64,000 nt of DNA from Thermodesulfobacteriota bacterium (lineage in GTDB: Bacteria; Desulfobacterota; Desulfobacteria; Desulfobacterales; C00003060): positions 288,001-352,000 of the forward strand of contig JAXHVD010000001.1 in NCBI GenBank assembly GCA_034189385.1. The letters run 5' to 3'. The stretch's first letter is position 1. Each line of letters starts with the position of its first letter. Shown one piece after another: positions 56,828 through 64,000 of the stretch. The notes under the pieces are model-generated. The model ran no database searches. It had not been told where the DNA came from and was given only the letters and a program-made list of their open reading frames with translations. Made by a program: the position numbers and the translations under genes.

Positions 56828-57502
56828 TTGGCTGAGGAAGTGGGGTACAGAGAGGTCCTTATTGCCCCCCTTGAGGCCCGCCGCGAGGCCATAGGCTTGC
56901 TAGGGGTCATCGTCCTGATTGCCCTGCTCATGGCTTTGCGCTTCTCCCTGCTTACCGGGACAACACCACAACAGGGCTTGAAGGCCTATCAGCGGCCCGA
57001 CACTGTATTGACTGGCCAGCAGCCGCTTCTCTATCGAACCCTTTTGAGTGTTGTGGACGAGGTAGTGGACTTGCGCGATCAGGAGGGGGAGTGGCCGGCT
57101 GTAAAGGTCTTGGAAAGGGAACATATCCCCCCCTTTGACAAGAGCTTTTTGCCAGTGGCACTCAAGAGCTACGTCTGGTCCCGTCACGAGGGGAACTCCT
57201 GGGTGGACTACTTCGGTGAGAATCCCAAGCGGGCCGACGCGGATGCTGTTGCCCACGAACCCACCAGCTTCTTGTTGCGAATCATTGATCTTCACACGGA
57301 AAATCACCCCCATCCCCACCCTGGTATCGATTACGACCCGAATATGCGATTTGCAGCCCAGGTCTGGACGTATCCGGCCAAACGCCCTTATCCTGGGGAA
57401 CGCGTGGTGGAATTCGGCTGGAAATGGATCGTGGGCCCAAGTGACCGTTCCTTATGGGCAAATCAGGAGATATCTGAAGCCCCTGGCGCCAAGAAGCCAT
57501 AA
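56828..57502 (+). CDS. DUF6162-like (FpvK-like) membrane-anchored protein
   Basis: One N-terminal TM helix, WP....L....IPPF, QVW motifs, HPHPHP insert; first gene of the ABC operon. Confidence 0.55.
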   Translation: MAEEVGYREVLIAPLEARREAIGLLGVIVLIALLMALRFSLLTGTTPQQGLKAYQRPDTVLTGQQPLLYRTLLSVVDEVVDLRDQEGEWPAVKVLEREHIPPFDKSFLPVALKSYVWSRHEGNSWVDYFGENPKRADADAVAHEPTSFLLRIIDLHTENHPHPHPGIDYDPNMRFAAQVWTYPAKRPYPGERVVEFGWKWIVGPSDRSLWANQEISEAPGAKKP

Positions 57503-57540
57503 GGATTTTAGGGAAAGCTATGAGTCAACGGAGGTGACGA

Positions 57541-58467
57541 ATGAATAGAAGAATTCTCTCAGTGCTACCATTAGTGCCCTTTCTGGTGGCCCTGGCGTTT
57601 CATGTCCATTCTGGAGAAGAAAAAAAGCTGAATGTTGGAGTGACATTGCATCCCTATTACTCCTGGGCGAGCAACATTGTTGGTGACACGGCCGACGTCA
57701 CGCCCATTATTCCCACGGATGCGGACCCCCATTCTTATCAGCCAAGGACACAGGACCTGGCTAATCTCAGAAATCTTGATGTTATTGTCATCAACGATGT
57801 AGGCCATGACGAATACATCAGACCCATGCTAAAGAGTGCAAGGCGTGAGGATCTGCACACCATCAATACCAGCATCGGTCTCCCATTGATTCCTATCTTC
57901 CAACAGACGTACGCCTTTGAAGGAGAGGCGGCCTCGGCTGTTGCATACAACAGCCACACGTACATTGCCATCACGGGAGCCATTCAGCAGATCAACACCA
58001 TTGCCCGGGAATTGAGCAAGCTTCGCCCCGGCTATGCTGACCTTTACAAGAAAAATGCCCGTGCATACGCTAAACGTTTGAGGCGGATGCTGGCGGCGGC
58101 CTTGGAAAAGGTCAACGCCCTTGATACAAGCAAGGTGAGAATAGCCACGGTTCACGACGGCTACGCCTACCTTATGCAGGAACTGGGGCTGGAGGTTGCG
58201 GCGGTCATTCAGCCCCGGCATGGCATCGAGCCCAATCCGCGTCAGTTGCAGGACACCATCAACCGGATCAAAGGGGCGGGCGTAAACGTTCTTTTCACCG
58301 AACTCGACTACCAGAAGCGATACGTGGACATCATCTATGAGGAGACGGGCTGTCGGATCTATCGTCTGTCTCATATCTCCCACGGCCCGTATACGGCGGA
58401 CAAATTCGAGCGGGATATTCAGGGAAACCTGGATGACATCATAAAAGCGCTGACCGATGCAAAATGA
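57541..58467 (+). CDS. Cluster A-I metal ABC substrate-binding protein (FpvC/ZnuA-like)
   Basis: GVTLHPYYS, DPHSYQP, GHDE, NSHTY, HDGYAY, HGIEP, SHISHGPY. Confidence 0.88.
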   Translation: MNRRILSVLPLVPFLVALAFHVHSGEEKKLNVGVTLHPYYSWASNIVGDTADVTPIIPTDADPHSYQPRTQDLANLRNLDVIVINDVGHDEYIRPMLKSARREDLHTINTSIGLPLIPIFQQTYAFEGEAASAVAYNSHTYIAITGAIQQINTIARELSKLRPGYADLYKKNARAYAKRLRRMLAAALEKVNALDTSKVRIATVHDGYAYLMQELGLEVAAVIQPRHGIEPNPRQLQDTINRIKGAGVNVLFTELDYQKRYVDIIYEETGCRIYRLSHISHGPYTADKFERDIQGNLDDIIKALTDAK

Positions 58468-59233
58468 GACACCCAAACAACAAGGGGCTGGCGCCACGGT
58501 AGCGCGGCCTCTTCTTGAGGTAAAGGGGCTCTCTGTCTCCTTAGGGGGGGATCAGATCTTAGATGACGTTAATCTGGAGGTCGCCTCGGGCAGCATTCAT
58601 GCCCTCATTGGGCCCAATGGCGCCGGGAAAACCACGTTAATCCGGAGCCTTATGGGTGGCATGCCCCACCGGGGGACGATTCGCTTCCGTTTTCGCAAAA
58701 GCGGGCGTATCGGTTATGTACCCCAATTGTTGGAATTTGATCATTCCGTGCCCATCACTGTGGGCGATTTCATTACCATCATGCTGCAAGATTCTCCGGT
58801 CTTCATCACTGGTATTAAGAAAATGCGACCGCAAGTGCAGCAGATATTGGCAGCCACAGAAAGCGACCATTTGCTCGATCGGTTGATAGGCGGGTTGTCG
58901 GGTGGAGAGATTCGACGGGTCCTTCTGGCCCAGGCCCTTGCACCCTTGCCGGAGTTGCTCCTCTTGGACGAACCGGCCAGTAACGTGGATGAACAGGGTG
59001 CCTTGCTCTTTGAGGAGATCTTGTTGCGGCTTAAGGAGGAGCATGGTCTCACCATCCTGATGGTAGGGCACGACACGCGCATGATCCTGCGCCTTGCTGA
59101 TATGGTAACCAGTGTCAACTGCAGAGTTACTTTTAGCGGGCCCCCGACAGAATTAGAGGATGAGGAAAGAATGGCTGGATTGTACAAGGCATCGTCTTCG
59201 CCTACTGCAACGAGATCAGGAGGGCCCCATTAG
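58457..59233 (+). CDS. Metal ABC transporter ATPase (FpvD/ZnuC-like)
   Basis: GPNGAGKTT, GYVPQ, LSGGE, LLLDEP. Confidence 0.92.
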   Translation: MQNETPKQQGAGATVARPLLEVKGLSVSLGGDQILDDVNLEVASGSIHALIGPNGAGKTTLIRSLMGGMPHRGTIRFRFRKSGRIGYVPQLLEFDHSVPITVGDFITIMLQDSPVFITGIKKMRPQVQQILAATESDHLLDRLIGGLSGGEIRRVLLAQALAPLPELLLLDEPASNVDEQGALLFEEILLRLKEEHGLTILMVGHDTRMILRLADMVTSVNCRVTFSGPPTELEDEERMAGLYKASSSPTATRSGGPH

Positions 59234-60126
59234 TGGATTGGTTGTACGAGATCATCAGTGGCTGGGCTAAAGCCGGCTATTTGCCTGGTATTTTCGAGCA
59301 CACCTTCATGATCCGCGGCATGCTGGCCGCCATGATTATTGGCCCTGTTCTTGGAGGGTTAGGTACGGTGGTCGTGACAAAGAAGCTTTCCTTCTTTACC
59401 CAGACCATTGGCAATGCCTCGCTCACCGGTGTGGCCCTGGGACTGCTTCTCGGCGAACCAGTGGAAGGGACTTACGCTGGGCTGTACGGCTTCTGCCTAG
59501 CGGTGGCGTTGGTAATGACCTTTGTCAAGAACCGGAGCCGCCTTTCCAATGACACGGTCATTGGTGTGGTGCTGGCCCAGGTGTTGGGTATCGGCATTAT
59601 CATGCTCTTGCTGGTGACCAGCCAGTTTAATATCCACCAGGTGGAGGGGATTCTTTTTGGAAGCCTCATTACGCTCACGGATGGCGACCTCATCACCCTG
59701 GTTTTTTCGTCCCTCGTGGTAGCTGCAGTCTTTTGCATCACCTTTAACCGCACTATATTGGTAGCCTTTAATCCCGTTCTGGCCAATGCCCGTGGTCGGA
59801 ATCCGGTCTTGTTGGAATATGTTTTTATTACGCTCATGACCACTGTGGTCGTGGCCAGCCTCAAGCTCATCGGTGCCTTGCTGGTCTTGGTCTTGATCGT
59901 GGTGCCGGCGGCTGGCGCGCAAAACATCGTGGGGAACTTGCGCCAGTTTTTGTGGGTAAGCATCGCCTTGTCCACTATCAGCACGGTGTCGGGATTATTC
60001 CTCTCAGCCCTGGTGCCTGTGCCTAGCGGTGCGGTCATTGTCCTTACTTCCAGCATATTGTTTTACGCGACCTTGGTGATGAGGCCGTTGTTTGGCCGGA
60101 GTGCCGTCAGGCAGGGAGATGGATAA
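59233..60126 (+). CDS. Metal ABC transporter permease (FpvE/ZnuB-like)
   Basis: GWA..GYLP, GPVLGGLGT.VV, LFGS, IGALLV..L..VPA. Confidence 0.9.
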   Translation: MDWLYEIISGWAKAGYLPGIFEHTFMIRGMLAAMIIGPVLGGLGTVVVTKKLSFFTQTIGNASLTGVALGLLLGEPVEGTYAGLYGFCLAVALVMTFVKNRSRLSNDTVIGVVLAQVLGIGIIMLLLVTSQFNIHQVEGILFGSLITLTDGDLITLVFSSLVVAAVFCITFNRTILVAFNPVLANARGRNPVLLEYVFITLMTTVVVASLKLIGALLVLVLIVVPAAGAQNIVGNLRQFLWVSIALSTISTVSGLFLSALVPVPSGAVIVLTSSILFYATLVMRPLFGRSAVRQGDG

Positions 60127-60214
60127 GACCTGTGGCGGCCTTTCAGGACGCGCAGCATTGGACAGCGAGAATGATATGAAATAGGGATTACTAGGATAAT
60201 TAGGAGGTTATATC

Positions 60215-60625
60215 ATGAGGTGCAAAGTGAGACGATGGATCCATGATGGCAACAGGTGGGTTACTACTTTTGGCATCGGTTTGATGATGGTGGCCTCTGC
60301 AGCCCTTGCCTATGCCCATGCCGCTGTATTGTGGGCTTACGTGGAGAACAACCACGTCTATGTGGAGGCCTTCTTCATGGGCGGTGACAAGATCAAGAAC
60401 GGGCGTCTCATCGTAGTGGACTCAAACGGGAAGAAGCTACTGGAGGGAAAAACCGATGAAGAAGGAAAATTCGATTTTGCCCCTCCAGCGATGGACGATA
60501 TGACCATTCTCTTGAGACTTGACAAGGCCCACGGCTCCGAGTTCACCATAAAAAAAGAGGATTTTCAGCAAGACCAGGAGTGCCCAGAACAACCAGCCAA
60601 GTCGCCAGCCAAGCCCCCCAAGTAG
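60215..60625 (+). CDS. Periplasmic CbiL/NikL-like accessory protein
   Basis: AYA-H signal cleavage leaving an N-terminal His; LLEGKTDEEG.F.F motif; paralog of 63637-64000. Confidence 0.6.
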   Translation: MRCKVRRWIHDGNRWVTTFGIGLMMVASAALAYAHAAVLWAYVENNHVYVEAFFMGGDKIKNGRLIVVDSNGKKLLEGKTDEEGKFDFAPPAMDDMTILLRLDKAHGSEFTIKKEDFQQDQECPEQPAKSPAKPPK

Positions 60626-60761
60626 AGGGTGGTTGATTCTTGTGCCAGTGAGAAGGGACGTCTCGTTGCCTACCCAACTGTTACTGGGTCACACCGCAGA
60701 GAGATGGGTCTCTTTTCTGTTGACACCGGGGTCGGGTTTTGTGTTAGGTAGGAGGCTACAA

Positions 60762-60878
60762 TGGGGGCTGAAGCTCCTGATCGCTGGTCAAGGAACCCCA
60801 ACAATTCACATGAAAATCGAGCCATGAAGGTTTCAGGTCTGCAGAAGGGACCGATGTTCGTGGCTTTTTTTGTTGGGG
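60762..60878 (+). promoter_or_regulatory. Structured 5' leader / attenuator, copy 2
   Basis: GGGGC-TGAA-GCTCC hairpin, CCCCAACA, small hairpin, AATCG, GCCATGAA...TTCGTGGC stem + T7; TTGACA at 60720. Confidence 0.6.
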
Positions 60879-60899
60879 AGCATCTTAAGAGAGGAGGTA

Positions 60900-61673
60900 A
60901 TGATGAAGAGAGAAATGATGAGTTGTTTTCTGGTGGTGATTGCCCTCATGATGGCAGTTCCGGCCCTTGCCCATTACGGCATGGTTATTCCTTCGGATCA
61001 AATGGTCATGCAGGGAGAAGAGAGGGAAGTGGAATTGAATCTTCTGTTCTGGCACCCTTTTGAGGGCCACGGCATGGAATTGGTCAAACCGGCCGCCTTT
61101 GGCGTCGTTGCCAATGGCGAGAAGCAAGATCTGCTGGGTGCTTTAGAGTCTACGAAGACAAAGGGGCATCAGACTTGGGCCGCCACTTACAAGATCAAGC
61201 GGCCTGGGGTGTATGTTTTCTATATGGAACCGCAGCCTTACTGGGAGCCGGCGGAGGACTGTTTCATCGTCCATTACACAAAGGCTGTGGTAACCGCCTT
61301 TGGGGATGACGAAGGATGGGACGAGGAGATTGGCCTGAAGACAGAGATCGTTCCCCTTTCCAAACCTTATGGCCTGTATGCCGGCAATGTGTTTCAGGGG
61401 ATTGTGAAGCTGGATGGCAAGCCTGTGCCCTATTCTGAGGTGGAGGTGGAGTATTATAATGAGGATGGCAAGTGCCATGCCCCCACTGATTACATGGTGA
61501 CCCAGACCGTCAAGGCCGATGCCAACGGTGTCTTCACCTATGCCGCGCCCACGGCCGGCTGGTGGGGTTTTGCCGCTCTAAACACCTCAGATGCCAAAAA
61601 GAAACACGATGGCGAGGAGAAAGACATAGAGCTGGGGGCGGTCCTTTGGGTCCAGTTTCACGACATGAAATAG
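60900..61673 (+). CDS. DUF4198 periplasmic Ni/Co-uptake-associated protein
   Basis: [48 protein letters not shown] before ATG 60900. Confidence 0.85.
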   Translation: MMKREMMSCFLVVIALMMAVPALAHYGMVIPSDQMVMQGEEREVELNLLFWHPFEGHGMELVKPAAFGVVANGEKQDLLGALESTKTKGHQTWAATYKIKRPGVYVFYMEPQPYWEPAEDCFIVHYTKAVVTAFGDDEGWDEEIGLKTEIVPLSKPYGLYAGNVFQGIVKLDGKPVPYSEVEVEYYNEDGKCHAPTDYMVTQTVKADANGVFTYAAPTAGWWGFAALNTSDAKKKHDGEEKDIELGAVLWVQFHDMK

Positions 61674-61749
61674 TAACTAAGGGCTTTACCCGGTGTCAGA
61701 AGACACGGGAGATCTATAAAACAGGAGGAAGGTTAAAAGGAGGAAAGAG

Positions 61750-62844
61750 ATGAAGAAACCGGTTTGGAGGCTCGTTGGGGTGCTTTGTGTTTTGGGACTA
61801 TTTGCCGTTGTCAACAGTGGCCACGCCATGCAGGAGCATGTGGGAGAAGTGCTTTCCGACATCCACTTTAGTGGCTTGATCGAAGTGGGTGGAGCCTGGC
61901 AGGATTTTGACTATGATGAGGGCGGTAGTGATGACGCCAGTGATCTTTGTCTGACGACGTTGGAACTGGAGGCGGAGGCAGAGATAAACGAGTGGGTCAG
62001 TGTGGCTGCATTGCTCTTGTATGAAGACGCCACTTCTTTTGAGGGAGAAAACGATGAAACAGATGTAGACATAGAAGAGGCCACGGTGACCATTGGCAAT
62101 CCTGACGAATATCCTTATTACCTCACTGCGGGCAAGATGGTTGTCCCCTTTGGGGCGCTGTTTACACACTTCCCAGATGATCCTCTCATGGATGTGCCTG
62201 TAACCCTGGTAATGGGGGAGACGATTGAGAAGGCTGTCCTGGTGGGCGCAACGTGTCCATTAGGGTTTACGCTGTCCGGTTATGTGTTCAGCGGAGATGT
62301 GGATGAGGACGAAGACAACAATGTAGAGAGTTATGGCTTGGACGTGAACTATGCCATGGAGGATGAAGAGGGTCTGGATCTGTTGATCGGCGCCTCTTAC
62401 ATATCCAACATCGCGGACTCAGACGTTATCGAGGAGACCCTCGAACACCATGGCGTGGAGGAGATCGAGGATTACGTGGATGGCTTTGATCTCTATTTTC
62501 TCGCCGACTGGGCCGGTTTCTTTCTGGGTGCTGAGTACATGACCGCCCTGGATGATTTTGACCACGACGAGTTGCATACAGCCGGCGGTGATGGCGCTGA
62601 GCCAGAGGTATGGAACATCGAGGCCGGCTATAATCTGGAATGGGGCAGGAATCTAGAAATCGCCTTGAAGTACGCTGGTTCTGATGAAGCGGAGGGTTTG
62701 GATATTCCTGAGGACCGATATGGGCTTTGTCTGAACCAAGAGATTTGGGAGGGCGTTGTGGGCTCCGTCGCATACCTTCATGATGAATATGAGAATGATG
62801 ATGAGAGGGACGTGCTGTACGGACAGATCGCAGTAGAATTCTAG
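61750..62844 (+). CDS. LbtU-family (siderophore/metal) outer-membrane porin
   Basis: SGLIEV, L.T.EL, LLYE, AGK..VPFG, YISNIADSD, P..WN.E, C-terminal VEF; highly acidic. Confidence 0.8.
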   Translation: MKKPVWRLVGVLCVLGLFAVVNSGHAMQEHVGEVLSDIHFSGLIEVGGAWQDFDYDEGGSDDASDLCLTTLELEAEAEINEWVSVAALLLYEDATSFEGENDETDVDIEEATVTIGNPDEYPYYLTAGKMVVPFGALFTHFPDDPLMDVPVTLVMGETIEKAVLVGATCPLGFTLSGYVFSGDVDEDEDNNVESYGLDVNYAMEDEEGLDLLIGASYISNIADSDVIEETLEHHGVEEIEDYVDGFDLYFLADWAGFFLGAEYMTALDDFDHDELHTAGGDGAEPEVWNIEAGYNLEWGRNLEIALKYAGSDEAEGLDIPEDRYGLCLNQEIWEGVVGSVAYLHDEYENDDERDVLYGQIAVEF

Positions 62845-62896
62845 TAGAACAGAAGGCAGATTGTCCAAAGTGTGAAGGACAACTCCCAGTGGTGCT

Positions 62897-62940
62897 GCCC
62901 CCACCTGCGCTTTTTTCATCAGAGAGCGCAGGGTGGGGGC
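62897..62940. terminator. Strong GC-rich hairpin between the porin gene and cbiM
   Basis: GCCCCCACCTGCGCT ... AGCGCAGGGTGGGGGC; no clear downstream T-run. Confidence 0.45.
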
Positions 62941-63032
62941 AAGGCGCTTAAAGAGGGAGGAAATGTCCGTTACATCAGGGTTCTTTCCAAATCATCCAGC
63001 GCGGTGATTGCAGGAGAGGGAGTCATCCCAGC

Positions 63033-63659
63033 ATGCATATTTCAGAGGGTGTGCTATCACCAACTGTTCTCATTGCAGGTGCAGCGCTTACAACAGCAGG
63101 TGTTGCTGCGGGGCTTAGGAAACTGGATAACAGGGAGATTCCTTCTACAGGGATACTGTCGGCTGCTTTCTTTGTAGCTTCGCTCGTTCATGTGCCTATC
63201 GGACCTGCTTCCGTCCACCTGGTCATGAACGGCTTACTCGGGCTCATCTTGGGGTGGAAGGCCTTTCCTGCGATCTTGGTAGGCTTGGGCCTTCAGACCC
63301 TCCTTTTTCAGTATGGCGGCCTTACCAGTCTTGGTGTGAATACCCTGAACATGGCCCTTCCAGCGGTCATATGTTACTACGTGTTTGGCTGGGCCGTGAG
63401 AACCCGAACCAGCATCTTCGTGTTCACCGGCATGGCCTTCGGGTGTGCTTTTTGTGCTGTCCTCATCAGTGGTATCATGGTCGGGTTTTCCCTGTACTTG
63501 ACAGGAGAAGCCTTCTTGCCTGCAGCAAAGGTCGTGGTAGTAGCCCATCTCCCCATCATGGTCATTGAAGGGATTTTAACGGCAGCCTGTGCCCTCTTTT
63601 TGAGGAGAGTAAAACCTGAATTATTGGAGGGACTCTATGTGCCAGAGCCCATTTCGTGA
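63033..63659 (+). CDS. cbiM: CbiM/NikM ECF-type Co/Ni transporter substrate component
   Basis: N-terminal MHISEG metal-binding motif, SVHL, GG.TSLGVN, EG..T. Confidence 0.92.
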   Translation: MHISEGVLSPTVLIAGAALTTAGVAAGLRKLDNREIPSTGILSAAFFVASLVHVPIGPASVHLVMNGLLGLILGWKAFPAILVGLGLQTLLFQYGGLTSLGVNTLNMALPAVICYYVFGWAVRTRTSIFVFTGMAFGCAFCAVLISGIMVGFSLYLTGEAFLPAAKVVVVAHLPIMVIEGILTAACALFLRRVKPELLEGLYVPEPIS

Positions 63660-64000
63660 GTCTAACCGGACCTGTTGCAGAGAGGTGGTTGTTTGTTTCC
63701 TCTTGGTAGTCCTGGGGCTTGGTTTTGGCGTTTTTCCCGCGTGGGCCCATAAGGTTACTATCTTTGCCTGGGTAGAGGGAGACACGGTCTACACGCAGAG
63801 CAAGTTCAGCGGCGGCAAGAAAGTCAAAAGGGGCACAATCGTGGTCTACGACAAGGAAGGAAATCAGCTTCTGGAGGGCAAGACCGATGATAAGGGTGCG
63901 TTCTCGTTTAAGGTGCCCAAGAAGACGACCCTCAAGATTGCGTTGAAGGCCTCCATGGGCCACTTTGCGGAGTGGACTATCCCTGAGAAGGAAATTGCGG
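63637..64000 (+). CDS. CbiL/NikL-like accessory protein (runs off the window end)
   Basis: Open frame MCQSPF...PAWA-HKVTIFAWVEGDTVYTQSKFSGG...LLEGKTDDKG.FSF...MGH; absent from the ORF track because it has no stop in the window. Confidence 0.8.
   Translation, partial: MCQSPFRESNRTCCREVVVCFLLVVLGLGFGVFPAWAHKVTIFAWVEGDTVYTQSKFSGGKKVKRGTIVVYDKEGNQLLEGKTDDKGAFSFKVPKKTTLKIALKASMGHFAEWTIPEKEIA

Noticed and set aside
62845..63032. Cobalamin riboswitch upstream of cbiM
   Set aside because: No B12-box or conserved GGGAA/GCCACTG elements seen; only a GC-rich hairpin

Overview
Accessory-rich window, most likely from an anaerobic Desulfobacterota (deltaproteobacterial) genome; the taxon is inferred from gene content, not proven. 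From left to right: (1) 0.05-9.5 kb, a co-oriented cluster of YedE, DUF3343, a kinase-like protein, a ubiquitin-like carrier (MoaD/ThiS), a JAB protein, an amino-acid dehydrogenase, two adenylosuccinate-lyase-family enzymes and a ThiF-like E1. This looks like an uncharacterised S/Se-relay pathway. (2) Three four-helix-bundle genes, each flanked by inverted arrays of 7-bp repeats, plus gene-less and solo arrays. (3) Secreted beta-helix and CFI-box-CTERM surface proteins. (4) Nucleotidyltransferase TA-like genes and MITEs. (5) A Wzm/Wzt surface-polysaccharide cluster. (6) Two tandem ~1300-aa secreted multiheme cytochromes with sigma54-type promoters and an essentially identical 2.08-kb 3' half. 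Both carry a circularly permuted golvesin-like module that is also inserted in an unrelated glycoside-hydrolase-like gene. (7) Phd-VapC. (8) A TPR-beta-barrel / beta-helix / 12-heme cytochrome / DUF1566 cluster. (9) An FpvKCDE-like metal ABC system, DUF4198, an LbtU-type porin and CbiM/NikM. Both metal-uptake units are preceded by the same structured leader, a candidate new metal-responsive RNA element. I saw no rRNA, tRNA, CRISPR array, transposase or reverse transcriptase. All family assignments come from motif recognition by eye, not database searches.
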